This document shows, one piece after another, positions 47,446 to 56,904 of a DNA stretch of 64,000 nucleotides. The translations under genes and the position numbers were made by a program. The number at the start of each line of letters is the position of its first letter. The stretch's first letter is position 1. The notes under the pieces were generated by a model, which searched no databases, had not been told where the DNA came from, and saw only the letters and a program-made list of their open reading frames with translations. Source of the stretch: an uncultured Candidatus Saccharibacteria bacterium (GTDB lineage Bacteria > Patescibacteriota > WWE3 > UBA101185 > UBA10185); NCBI GenBank assembly GCA_964643995.1, contig CAZXUJ010000001.1:273492-337491 (forward strand). The letters are read 5' to 3'.

Positions 47446-48354
47446 ATGGCAAGTAAAAAAGACTATTATGAAGTTTTAGGTATAACAAAAAATGCCTCAT
47501 CGGAGGATATAAAGAAGGCTTATCGAAAGTTAGCTAGAGAACACCATCCAGATATGGTAAAGGATACCGACAAAAAACATGCGGAGGAAAGATTTAAAGA
47601 AATAAATGAGGCCTATCAGGTTTTAGGTGATGCAGAAAAGAAAAAAATGTATGATCAGTATGGCCATACAGCGGGACAGCAAGGAGGTTTTGGAGGAGGG
47701 CAACAAGGTCAGTGGGGTCCATTTTCTTACTCTTATGGTGCGGAGGGACAGGGAGCTAATTTTGATCCAATGGATATTTTTGAGGAATTTTTCGGATTTG
47801 GGCGTGGTTTTGGTGGACAAAGACAACCACGAAAGGGAAAGGATTTAGCGTATGACATGTCTATAGAATTTGCTGAGGCTGTTCACGGAGCTATCAAAGA
47901 GGTTACAGTAGAAAGTGGTCCAGTTAAAATTAATATCCCACAAGGAGCTCGTACAGGCACAGAGCTTAGATTTCAGGGCAAAGGTATGAAGGGTCCAGAA
48001 GGTGTTCCAAACGGAGATTTATTTATAACTTTACGCGTACCTACTCCAAAAGAGTTTCAAAGGGCTGGAGACAACCTGGGAACATTAAAAAACATTGACT
48101 TTGTACAAGCAACGTTAGGAGATACCATAGAAGTCCCGGTCGTCGATTTGAACCAAAAAAGCGGTATTGGAAAAGCAAATCTTAAAATTCCGGCTGGAAC
48201 CCAATCCGGAACACAATTTAAAGTAAAAGGTAGGGGTATGCCCAAACTACAAGGACGCGGACAGGGAGACGTAATAGTACAAGTCAATATAGAAATACCA
48301 AAGAGCATAAGTAAAAAACAAAGGAAATTACTTGAGGAGTATAGGGAGAATTAA
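47446..48354 (+). CDS. dnaJ: DnaJ-family co-chaperone (type II/CbpA-like: J domain, G/F region and C-terminal domains, but no CxxCxGxG zinc-finger repeats)
   Basis: KKDYYEVLGI...HPD J-domain signature, a Gly/Phe-rich linker and no Cys repeats. Confidence 0.8.
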   Translation: MASKKDYYEVLGITKNASSEDIKKAYRKLAREHHPDMVKDTDKKHAEERFKEINEAYQVLGDAEKKKMYDQYGHTAGQQGGFGGGQQGQWGPFSYSYGAEGQGANFDPMDIFEEFFGFGRGFGGQRQPRKGKDLAYDMSIEFAEAVHGAIKEVTVESGPVKINIPQGARTGTELRFQGKGMKGPEGVPNGDLFITLRVPTPKEFQRAGDNLGTLKNIDFVQATLGDTIEVPVVDLNQKSGIGKANLKIPAGTQSGTQFKVKGRGMPKLQGRGQGDVIVQVNIEIPKSISKKQRKLLEEYREN

Positions 48355-48359
48355 CTTTG

Positions 48360-48935
48360 TTAAGAAACATTTTCTTGCAAGCGTGCTAGATACGAGTTTT
48401 GAAAACTTTCCTTATCAAAAATACCTGCTTCGGGATTGGTAACAAACGTACGAAATAATTCTCTATCTGAAAGTGCTCGATCAATAAATCGCACTTGATC
48501 ACCCTGAGATCTTGGTGCGGCTAACTTCGCATATGACTCTAGCGCTCTTGTAGGGTCGTTGATATCACTTTCGACAACACGAAGGACCGTTTCCAACATG
48601 TTCGGCAGCAAGTATTTCGAGTTCAAAAAAGCCCTTTCAGATAATCCTGCACCAAACCGAGCAATATCCCTGGCAAGCAATTCACATTGACGTTCCTTCA
48701 CTATGTCGGTTATGGTAGGGGGGTTACCATTCGCAGCCTGTCTCATATGCTGCACAGCTATGTGGGCAAAGTCTCGTCCCTTTGGGTATATCAAATACTC
48801 TCCATACAGGGTTCTAGTGTCATTTATACCTTCTTGTCGTTCTCTTTCCAAACTCTTTGGGGCTGCTTCATATGATCTATCTTGGCGACGCGAGAAAAGA
48901 TTAGTTAAAAATGACATATCAAAATGATAGGCCAT
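48360..48935 (-). CDS. Hypothetical protein (191 aa), visibly GC-richer than its neighbours
   Basis: Clean ORF between dnaJ and nusA with no recognisable motifs; about 45% GC by eye versus about 38% for the surroundings. Confidence 0.45.
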   Translation of the reverse strand: MAYHFDMSFLTNLFSRRQDRSYEAAPKSLERERQEGINDTRTLYGEYLIYPKGRDFAHIAVQHMRQAANGNPPTITDIVKERQCELLARDIARFGAGLSERAFLNSKYLLPNMLETVLRVVESDINDPTRALESYAKLAAPRSQGDQVRFIDRALSDRELFRTFVTNPEAGIFDKESFQNSYLARLQENVS

Positions 48936-48967
48936 TCAAAAACCAAAGTAAATAGTCAAAACACAAA

Positions 48968-48997
48968 TTGACTTGTTTCTTGCCTTCATGCTATGCT
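48968..48997 (+). promoter_or_regulatory. Candidate promoter (-35 TTGACT, 18-bp spacer, -10 TATGCT) upstream of the nusA leader
   Basis: Seen directly at 48968-48973 and 48992-48997. Confidence 0.35.
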
Positions 48998-49046
48998 GAC
49001 CTAGCGTTAGACTGATAGTAAAGTTTATATGAAATGAAATGTAGAA

Positions 49047-49069
49047 GGTGGGAGTAACCCGCCTTTTTT
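49047..49069 (+). terminator. Intrinsic terminator-like hairpin (GGUGGG-AGUAA-CCCGCC plus U6) 35 nt upstream of the nusA ATG; a possible attenuator
   Basis: 6-bp GC-rich stem (one G.U pair) followed by TTTTTT at 49064-49069. Confidence 0.5.
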
Positions 49070-49103
49070 GATAGAATAGTTATTAGTTATTAACTAGAAA
49101 AAT

Positions 49104-50228
49104 ATGGCAATAACAGAATTTAAAGCAGCATTAAATCAAGTTGCAACAGAAAGAGGAATATCCGTAGAGGACGTATTGGAATCAATACGTACTGCATTAG
49201 TCTCAGCTTACAAAAAAGATTACGGTGAAGACGTAGAAATTGAAGTTGAACTGAATCCAAACACTGGTGAGGCAAAGATATTAAAAGATTCCAAAGATGT
49301 AACTCCTGCGGGGTTTGGAAGAATTGCTGCACAAACTGCAAAACAAGTGATTTTACAAAAAATCCGCGAAACAGAAAAACAGGTGATTTTTGATGAATTT
49401 GAAGACAAGGTAGGTACACTACTTACTGGTGTTATTTTTAGAATCGAAGGTAATAGAGTAGTTTTGGATCTAGGAAAAGCTCATGGTATTTTACCTCAAT
49501 CTGAACAGGTTGAGTCTGAAAATTATAGAGTTAACCAAAGATTAAAAGTTTACGTAAAAGACGTCAAAAAAGGCACACGAGGTACTGAGATAATTGTAAG
49601 CCGAGCCGACGCAGAGTTTGTAAAAAAACTTTTTGAACAAGAAGTCCCTGAAATCGCTTTAGGCACCGTAATGATAAAAGCTATTGCGCGCGAGCCTGGT
49701 TCTAGAACTAAAATGGCGGTAGTATCCTCCGATGAGAAAATCGATCCAGTTGGAAGCTGTGTTGGACAAAAGGGCGTTAGGGTACAATCTATAATCGCTG
49801 AATTATTCGGCGAAAAGATAGATATTATTCCATTTTCGACTCAAATAGAAAAATTTATTGCCGCAAGCTTATCACCTGCGCGCGTAACCGATGTTTCTAT
49901 TGATGAGGAGGAACACAAGGCTACGGTTTCGGTACCAGAGGATCAGCAAAGCTTAGCTATAGGTAAAGAGGGACAGAATGCCAGGTTAGCAAACAAATTA
50001 ACCAAGTGGAAAATCGATATAAAAGGAGCAAAAGGCATATTTGATGTTGAGAGTGGAAACACAATAAGCTCGGGTAAAAAAGAAGAAAAAGCAGCAGGTG
50101 TCTGGGATGCCGCAATCGCAAAAGTGGCCGAAGAATCAAAGAAAGCTGCAGACTTAAAAGAGGCACAGGACAATACAGAAACAGCAGATGTGGCAGAGGC
50201 AACCGAAACAGTAGAAGAAGCTGAGTAA
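49104..50228 (+). CDS. nusA: Transcription termination/antitermination factor NusA
   Basis: 374 aa; N-terminal domain, S1 and KH domains (…GTLLTGVIFRIEGNRVVLDLGKAHGILP…; …GSRTKMAVVSSDEKIDPVGSCVGQKGVRVQ…). Confidence 0.95.
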   Translation: MAITEFKAALNQVATERGISVEDVLESIRTALVSAYKKDYGEDVEIEVELNPNTGEAKILKDSKDVTPAGFGRIAAQTAKQVILQKIRETEKQVIFDEFEDKVGTLLTGVIFRIEGNRVVLDLGKAHGILPQSEQVESENYRVNQRLKVYVKDVKKGTRGTEIIVSRADAEFVKKLFEQEVPEIALGTVMIKAIAREPGSRTKMAVVSSDEKIDPVGSCVGQKGVRVQSIIAELFGEKIDIIPFSTQIEKFIAASLSPARVTDVSIDEEEHKATVSVPEDQQSLAIGKEGQNARLANKLTKWKIDIKGAKGIFDVESGNTISSGKKEEKAAGVWDAAIAKVAEESKKAADLKEAQDNTETADVAEATETVEEAE

Positions 50229-50259
50229 TGTTAAGTTTTAGAAAAATGCCGTTAACAAA

Positions 50260-51753
50260 ATGTCAAAGAACAACAAAGGCACACAATCAAATGAATATTT
50301 TCGCGCACCCATTGTTACTATTATGGGCCATGTTGATCATGGTAAAACCAGCCTTCTTGACTATATAAGAAATGCTAACGTTCAATCACGTGAATACGGG
50401 GGAATTACCCAACACATCGGAGCATATCAGGTAATACACAAAGAAAAAGCTATAACTTTCATAGATACCCCTGGACATGAAGCATTTTCGCAAATGCGCG
50501 CCAGAGGAGGTAAAGCTGCGGACATAGTAGTACTAGTTGTTGCAGCAGATGACGGCGTACAACTTCAAACCATAGAGGCAATTAAGCATGCAAAAGCGGC
50601 AAACGCTACTATCATTGTTGCAATAAATAAAATCGATGTGGCAGGGGCAAGCCCAGATAAGGTGAAACAACAACTTGCCGAAAATGACGTGATTGTAGAA
50701 GATTGGGGTGGGGATATTCAATGCGTAAATGTGTCAGCAAAAAATGGTGATGGTATTCCTGAACTCTTAGACACACTACTGGTCGTAGCTGAAATGAAAG
50801 AACTAAAAGCAAATCCTGACGGAGAGTTGGAAGCAATAATAATAGAAGCAAAGCTTGATAAGAAAAAAGGTGTAACCGTAACTAGCATTGTTAGAAACGG
50901 CTCAATGAGAGTAGGACAAGAAATAAGCGCTGGAGGTTCTGAAGCAAAAATAAGATCACTGATGGATGACAAAGGCAATCTAGTAAAAGTAGCAGAACCT
51001 GCAGATCCTGTAGAAATCTTGGGATTTAAGAATGTGCCAAATGTGGGTGATTTGATAGTGCAAAAAGGCAGTGAGCTTGCGGAACTGTCTATGGATGACA
51101 GTAGGGTCGAGATAGTTGGTCAAGAAACCAAGAAGACCATAAATGTAATGATAAAAGCCGATACCCAAGGAACCTTAGAGGCTGTAAAAGAAAGTCTTGC
51201 CAATTTGGTCACTCAAAACGCCGCGGCCGATTTCTCAATTAAATTCATGAATACATCAACTGGAGACATCAATGACTCAGATATTTCGATGGCATCCACA
51301 ACAAATAGCGTAATCGTTGGCTTTGCCGTCGGGCTTAAGACTTCAGTTAAAGAGTTAGCGGATACGCTCAAAGTATCTGTAAAAACCTATAAGACAATAT
51401 ACGAACTCATAGACGACATAGAGGCATTGCTTGAAGGAACTGCCAGTCAAGAGGAAAAAAAGATCAGAGGACGTGCTCAGGTGTTAAAAATATTTAAGTT
51501 ACCCTCTGGCGACAATATCGCCGGGTGTAAGGTTATCGCCGGGGCATTAAAGCCTGGTAGTAACGTCGCAGTATATACAAAAGATCCAAGCGATGTAACA
51601 GAAGACGATACTCCAAACTATGTTGGAAAAATCAAGAAAATTAAACATGGCAAAGGTGATATCGAAGTAGCAGGTAAAGATACAGAATGTGGGCTACTAC
51701 TAAAGCCAGCTTTTAATGACTTAGCAATAGGAATGTGGATCGAAGTTAGGTAG
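50260..51753 (+). CDS. infB: Translation initiation factor IF-2 (short form beginning at the G domain)
   Basis: [26 protein letters not shown] and NKID motifs; 497 aa. Confidence 0.95.
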   Translation: MSKNNKGTQSNEYFRAPIVTIMGHVDHGKTSLLDYIRNANVQSREYGGITQHIGAYQVIHKEKAITFIDTPGHEAFSQMRARGGKAADIVVLVVAADDGVQLQTIEAIKHAKAANATIIVAINKIDVAGASPDKVKQQLAENDVIVEDWGGDIQCVNVSAKNGDGIPELLDTLLVVAEMKELKANPDGELEAIIIEAKLDKKKGVTVTSIVRNGSMRVGQEISAGGSEAKIRSLMDDKGNLVKVAEPADPVEILGFKNVPNVGDLIVQKGSELAELSMDDSRVEIVGQETKKTINVMIKADTQGTLEAVKESLANLVTQNAAADFSIKFMNTSTGDINDSDISMASTTNSVIVGFAVGLKTSVKELADTLKVSVKTYKTIYELIDDIEALLEGTASQEEKKIRGRAQVLKIFKLPSGDNIAGCKVIAGALKPGSNVAVYTKDPSDVTEDDTPNYVGKIKKIKHGKGDIEVAGKDTECGLLLKPAFNDLAIGMWIEVR

Positions 51754-51799
51754 CAACTTATCATTTTGACACTATGGGATTATCTAGTATATAATCCCG

Positions 51800-52501
51800 A
51801 TGTTTAGAACAAAATTTCCAGCCCAAAAAAATTTCATGCAAATAGAAGACTACGATAAACAACAACTACTGTCATTAATTCATGAGGCTAAAGATATTGC
51901 AATAATACCCTCCAAGGTATCAGGTGCAGATTCATTTTGCGCCAGTGCTGGACTTTATCTAATGTTAAAAAACAAATATGCAGCTGCACCAAATGGAGAA
52001 AAGAAGAATGTAAAGTTTTTGTTTGAGGGAAAAATACCTGAGTCTTGCGAGAAACTTCTAACAAAAGAGGATACTACGACAAACATTCAAGACAGGGAAC
52101 TACTGATTTCGGTAGATTACTCAGAAACTAGCGCTTCAAAAGTTCAATACACTACTGAGAATGACATTTTGTATCTTAAACTTGGGCCAATACCCAAGCA
52201 CTTTGATACTAACAGAATAAAGTCAAAAATTACTGGGTTTGATTTCGATTTAGTTTTTATTGTAGGTGCACAAGAGCTAGCAGATTTAGGACCAATATAT
52301 AGCAATTTACGGTCCGAGATTAACAGGTCTAAAAAGGTAAACATCGACATCACCAAAAAGAACACTAGATTTGGGGTAATTAACATTATAGATGATACTA
52401 CGGACTCACTAAGCACATTGGTTTTCAAGAATTCTGCTTTATGGGAACTCACTCCTGATAAAGTAGCAGCGAAAGCTCTACTTGCCGGAATAGTTGATTA
52501 A
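51800..52501 (+). CDS. Hypothetical protein with a degenerate DHH-like N-terminal domain (catalytic Asp/His motifs not conserved)
   Basis: IIPSKVSGADSFCASAGLYLML parallels the DHH motif I/II region (…PDGDAxGS…) but lacks the Asp residues, and DYS replaces DHH. 233 aa. It occupies the position between infB and rpsO. Confidence 0.35.
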   Translation: MFRTKFPAQKNFMQIEDYDKQQLLSLIHEAKDIAIIPSKVSGADSFCASAGLYLMLKNKYAAAPNGEKKNVKFLFEGKIPESCEKLLTKEDTTTNIQDRELLISVDYSETSASKVQYTTENDILYLKLGPIPKHFDTNRIKSKITGFDFDLVFIVGAQELADLGPIYSNLRSEINRSKKVNIDITKKNTRFGVINIIDDTTDSLSTLVFKNSALWELTPDKVAAKALLAGIVD

Positions 52502-52527
52502 CCGCTGTACAGATGCTAGAATGAGCA

Positions 52528-52794
52528 TTGTCTATGGATAAGAAATCAAAAGCAAAAATAATAAAAGACCATCAGTTGCACGATATCGACACGGGGTCCC
52601 CTGAGGTACAGGTTGCGGTTTTGACCGAAAGAATTGATCAACTTTCCGAACATCTTAAGAACCATAAAAAAGATAATCACTCAAGAAGAGGACTTCTCCA
52701 AATGGTAAACAAAAGACGTAGACTCCTTACCTTTTTAAAGAAAAAGGATGAGGAAAGATATCACAAGGTCATGGAAAAACTAGACCTTAAGTAG
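52528..52794 (+). CDS. rpsO: 30S ribosomal protein S15
   Basis: 88 aa; …[47 protein letters not shown]… conserved S15 sequence. Confidence 0.95.
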   Translation: MSMDKKSKAKIIKDHQLHDIDTGSPEVQVAVLTERIDQLSEHLKNHKKDNHSRRGLLQMVNKRRRLLTFLKKKDEERYHKVMEKLDLK

Positions 52795-52938
52795 TAAGAG
52801 TAGTAAGTTGCGGTAAATAAACCGCGGATAGTGGATATTAGATTAGTGTTTAGATCTAGAAATAGTGTATATAACGATTTTGTTGTATGTAGTATCTCTT
52901 TATCTATACGCGCTGAATATCCTAAAAAATAAGTAAAT

Positions 52939-55167
52939 ATGAATACAAAAATAAGGAAAGAAATAAATTTCGCAGGTAAACCTTTGGTTCTTGAAACCGG
53001 AGAACTTGCACAACAGGCCAATTTGGCAGTTAAGCTAAGTTTGGGTGAAACCGTTGTACTTGCCACGGTAGTATCGGGTGCTTTAGACCCATCGAAGGAC
53101 TTTTTCCCATTAAGCGTAAACTACGAAGAAAAAATGTATGCCAGTGGCAGCATAAAAAGTTCGAGATTTGTTAAGAGAGACGGTAAACCAACAGACGAAG
53201 CTACAGTAACTAGAAGATTGATCGATCATGCTATAAGACCATTATTCCCTAAAGATTTTAAAAACGAAGTGCAGGTTGCCGTAACAGTGTTATCACTTGA
53301 CCCTGAAGCCGATCCAGAAGTAGCTGCGATGTTAGCGACTTCAGCGGCATTACACGCTTCAAATATACCCTGGGCAGGACCTATGACCAGTACAAAAGTA
53401 GGCATGATAAATGGAGAATATGTGATGAACCCTACAAACAAACAGTTACACGATGAGACCGAGTTGGATATGATGGTTTCATTCGTAGGGAATGATCAAA
53501 AATTCTTAGCAATTGAATGCGAAGCAAATAATTTACCAGAAAACAAAATTTTGGGGGCGATCGAATTCGCAAGAAACAATGTTAAACCGGTATTGGAATT
53601 GTTCAACGACTTTTCAAAAGAGGTAAACCCCAAAAATACAAAATTTGAATATGACTCACAAAAAGCGGATGAAGAATTAGTAAAAACTGTAAAAGCCGAT
53701 ATTGAGGAAAAGTTGATAAAACTTGTTGAGAACTTCAAAAGCAAAGCCGAGTATACAGCTGGCCGTGCTGAGCTAGTAAAAACACTTGTTGACAGACATG
53801 GCGAAAAATATGAAAAACATGTGCTAGAAGCAATATTGTTTGATATCGAGAAAAAGATTGTACAAAAAAATGTTCTCAGTGAGGCACGTCGTGTAGACCG
53901 AAGAGGACTAGAGGAGCTTAGAAAGATAAGTTGTGAGGTAAGTGTTTTACCTAGAACCCATGGAAGCGCGATTTTTAATCGCGGAATTACACAAGCTTTA
54001 ACGACAGCCACTTTGGGCAACCCATCTGCGGAGCTTTTGGTACAAGACATGTATGGTGAAAGAAGCAAAAGGTATTTACACTACTACAACTTCCCACCTT
54101 TTAGCACTGGTGAGGTCGGAAGATTCGGCGGAGCTGGAGGACGTGAAATTGGACATGGTATGTTAGCAGAAAAGGCTCTAAGACCAGTGATCCCAACACA
54201 AGATGAATTTCCATATATGATAGTTTTAAACACTGAAATATTATCTTCAGATGGCTCTACATCTATGGCAGCTACTTGTGGATCAACTTTAGCGCTCATG
54301 GATGCAGGTGTACCCATAAAAAAAATGGTAGCTGGTATTTCCGTTGGATTGGTCGCAGATGAAGAAAATTCGAAATACGTTTTAATGACTGACATAGTAG
54401 GTATGGAAGACTTTACTGGGCACATGGACTTTAAGATTGCTGGAACGGACAGTGGGATAACTGCTATTCAACTAGATATGAAAGTAAAGGGAATTCCAAT
54501 GGAAATACTACCAAAGGTTTTTGAGCAATCAAAAGAAGCACGACTCCAAATACTTGAGGTTATGAAAGCAACCATTGGACAACCTAAGTCAACCCTAAGT
54601 AAATATGCACCAAAGATGATGACTATAAAGGTACAACCTGATCAGGTCGGTATGATAATCGGATCAGGAGGCAAAACAATTAAGGAAATCCAGGAAAGAA
54701 CCGGCACAGAGCTAGGGATCGAAGACGATGGAACTGTATTTATCTCAGGTGTTTCTTCAGAAGGCGTCGAAGAAGCATATAGAATTGTTGAGGGAATGAC
54801 TAAAGAGGTCGCACGTGGGGAAATATATGAAGGTAAGGTAGACGGGATTACAGACTTTGGAGCTTTTATCGAAATCTTACCAGGAAGAACCGGACTCCTA
54901 CATCTTAGTGAAATAGCTCAAGGATATGTCAAAAATGTAGAAGATCATCTGCAAATTGGAGACATTGTAAAAGTAAAAGTAATCGATACTTCGCGTGATG
55001 GAAAAATTTCTTTATCTATGAAGGCTTTACTACCAAATGCGGAAGCTGATGGTGAAGAGCGAAGCCGCGGTAGAAGACCTGATCGCGATAGTCGTGGTGG
55101 TAGGGATGACAGAAACAGCCATCGAGGACGTGAGAAACGCGACGACAGGTTCAGAGGCAGGCGCTAA
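52939..55167 (+). CDS. pnp: Polynucleotide phosphorylase
   Basis: 742 aa; two RNase PH domains, KH and S1 domains (…GEIYEGKVDGITDFGAFIEILPGRTGLLHLSEIA…) and an Arg/Asp-rich C-terminal tail. Confidence 0.97.
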   Translation: MNTKIRKEINFAGKPLVLETGELAQQANLAVKLSLGETVVLATVVSGALDPSKDFFPLSVNYEEKMYASGSIKSSRFVKRDGKPTDEATVTRRLIDHAIRPLFPKDFKNEVQVAVTVLSLDPEADPEVAAMLATSAALHASNIPWAGPMTSTKVGMINGEYVMNPTNKQLHDETELDMMVSFVGNDQKFLAIECEANNLPENKILGAIEFARNNVKPVLELFNDFSKEVNPKNTKFEYDSQKADEELVKTVKADIEEKLIKLVENFKSKAEYTAGRAELVKTLVDRHGEKYEKHVLEAILFDIEKKIVQKNVLSEARRVDRRGLEELRKISCEVSVLPRTHGSAIFNRGITQALTTATLGNPSAELLVQDMYGERSKRYLHYYNFPPFSTGEVGRFGGAGGREIGHGMLAEKALRPVIPTQDEFPYMIVLNTEILSSDGSTSMAATCGSTLALMDAGVPIKKMVAGISVGLVADEENSKYVLMTDIVGMEDFTGHMDFKIAGTDSGITAIQLDMKVKGIPMEILPKVFEQSKEARLQILEVMKATIGQPKSTLSKYAPKMMTIKVQPDQVGMIIGSGGKTIKEIQERTGTELGIEDDGTVFISGVSSEGVEEAYRIVEGMTKEVARGEIYEGKVDGITDFGAFIEILPGRTGLLHLSEIAQGYVKNVEDHLQIGDIVKVKVIDTSRDGKISLSMKALLPNAEADGEERSRGRRPDRDSRGGRDDRNSHRGREKRDDRFRGRR

Positions 55168-55222
55168 CGAACCTCCACACCTACATACTTAGATGGTATT
55201 AGAGTGATACAATTGAGTTGAT

Positions 55223-56296
55223 ATGGCAGAAACCGAATTTCTATTTGAAGAGCTAAAAGACCTGCACGATCTGCTGGATCATACCGTAGGCATGCCTGAG
55301 GATCTCAGAAAAAAAGCGGAGAGAATGATTCAACGACTAGATCGCATGGCTAAACTTGGACATTATACCCAAGATTTTGACACCATCTCAAGATATATTG
55401 AAACCATCTGCGCCTTACCATGGAGCGCAAGAACAGAAGATAGACTAGATCTTGCGAACGCTAAGAAGATGCTAGATAAGAATCACTACGGCATGGAGAG
55501 CGTTAAACAGTTGATGCTTGAATACCTTGCCTCAATGATTTTGATAAAAAAACGCAGTGATAATCCCAACGATGCAATCACAAAATCCCCAGTATTACTT
55601 CTCGTAGGTTTACAAGGTGTTGGTAAAACAACACTAGCTATTTCTGTTGCAGAAGCTTTGGGTAGAAAATTTATTAGAATTCCTATGGGTGGTATTGGAT
55701 CTCCACTTGCGATTAGAGGACATAGCAAATCTTATCCTGAATCAGAACCAGGATTAATCATGAAGGGTATGATAGAAGCTGGTGTAAGAAATCCTGTTAT
55801 GCTACTTGATGAAATTGAAAAATCTAGTGGTGATGAAGGATTAAGCGCCGACATTTTTGCTATATTGCTGGAAATCCTTGACCCCAACCAAAACCACTCG
55901 TTTAGAGATCACTATGTAGACTACCCATTTGATCTGTCTGAGACACTATTCATATGTTCAGCAAACAATCTTGGAAAGCTTACAGCGGCGCTCTTAGACC
56001 GTATGCAGGTAGTTAAAATGCCATCATATACAGACAACGAGAAAATTGTTATCGCAAGGGAATACCTGTTCCCACATATTTTGGAAAAAACCGGTCTTAA
56101 ACCTGAGGAGTTTCAAATCGACCCAAATCTTTGGCCAGGAGTTGTGAGACCATTTGGGTTTGATACGGGGATTAGAAGCTTGGGAAGGACTTTGGAAAAT
56201 ATGGCTAGAAAAGTGGCAAAAGAGATAGTAGAGGGCAAAACAGACAAAGTATATATTACTACTGAGAACTTGAAACATTACCTTCCACAGGGGTAA
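55223..56296 (+). CDS. Lon-like AAA+ ATPase module without the N-terminal LON substrate domain and without the S16 protease domain
   Basis: LPWSARTEDRLDLANAKKMLDKNHYGMESVKQLMLEYLA (the Lon pre-AAA helix), Walker A GLQGVGKTT, Walker B MLLDEIEK, sensor/arginine-finger region LDRMQVVKMPSYTDNEKIVIAREYL and Lon-like alpha-subdomain GIRSLGRTLENMARKVAKEIV. The ORF ends where the Lon protease domain would begin. Confidence 0.8.
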   Translation: MAETEFLFEELKDLHDLLDHTVGMPEDLRKKAERMIQRLDRMAKLGHYTQDFDTISRYIETICALPWSARTEDRLDLANAKKMLDKNHYGMESVKQLMLEYLASMILIKKRSDNPNDAITKSPVLLLVGLQGVGKTTLAISVAEALGRKFIRIPMGGIGSPLAIRGHSKSYPESEPGLIMKGMIEAGVRNPVMLLDEIEKSSGDEGLSADIFAILLEILDPNQNHSFRDHYVDYPFDLSETLFICSANNLGKLTAALLDRMQVVKMPSYTDNEKIVIAREYLFPHILEKTGLKPEEFQIDPNLWPGVVRPFGFDTGIRSLGRTLENMARKVAKEIVEGKTDKVYITTENLKHYLPQG

Positions 56297-56304
56297 TACG
56301 GCTG

Positions 56305-56895
56305 ATGACAAAAATAGAGCTTTTGGATCAAATTGAAAAAGAAATAAAGGCCTGTAAAAAGTGTAGATTATGCGAAATGGCATTGAATGCAGTACCTGGA
56401 GAAGGTAATGCAGATTCCAAGATAGTCTTTATCGGAGAGGCACCTGGAGCACAGGAAGATCAAACGGGGCGACCTTTTGTTGGACGGGCAGGAAAATTAC
56501 TTGAAGCTATGCTTAACAAAATTGGGTATGCTCGAGAAGATGTTTGGATTGGGAATGTAGTCAAACACAGACCACCGCAAAACAGGGACCCACAACCAGA
56601 TGAAATCTTGTTATGCGATCCTTATTTAACTAAGCAGTTAAGTGTGATTAGACCATTGTTAGTTGTGACTTTAGGTAGGTTTGCAATGAGCTATTTTTAC
56701 AAAGATGGAAAAATAACACAAGATCATGGTAGATTAATTAGGCTAACAAATTACAATGTCTATCCTGTTTATCATCCAGCTGCGGCATTGCGCAAGAAAG
56801 ATTTTGCGAAAGAGTTATTAAAAGATTTTATGAGGATTCCAGAAGTTTTAAAGGACTGTACCAACGAAAATACGAACAATCCTTTAGGGCTCTGA
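56305..56895 (+). CDS. Uracil-DNA glycosylase, family 4 (Fe-S type)
   Basis: CKKCRLC...GEGNADSKIVFIGEAPGAQEDQTGRPFVGRAGKLL, the signature of family 4 UDG. Confidence 0.85.
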   Translation: MTKIELLDQIEKEIKACKKCRLCEMALNAVPGEGNADSKIVFIGEAPGAQEDQTGRPFVGRAGKLLEAMLNKIGYAREDVWIGNVVKHRPPQNRDPQPDEILLCDPYLTKQLSVIRPLLVVTLGRFAMSYFYKDGKITQDHGRLIRLTNYNVYPVYHPAAALRKKDFAKELLKDFMRIPEVLKDCTNENTNNPLGL

Positions 56896-56904
56896 AATAA
56901 ATTT

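Noticed and set aside
52795-52938. Hairpin TGCGGT-AAATAA-ACCGCG downstream of rpsO, considered as a terminator or RNase III site before pnp
   Set aside because: The stem is only 5-6 bp and has no U-tract after it. It cannot be distinguished from chance without folding energies or transcript data, so I mention it only as weak.
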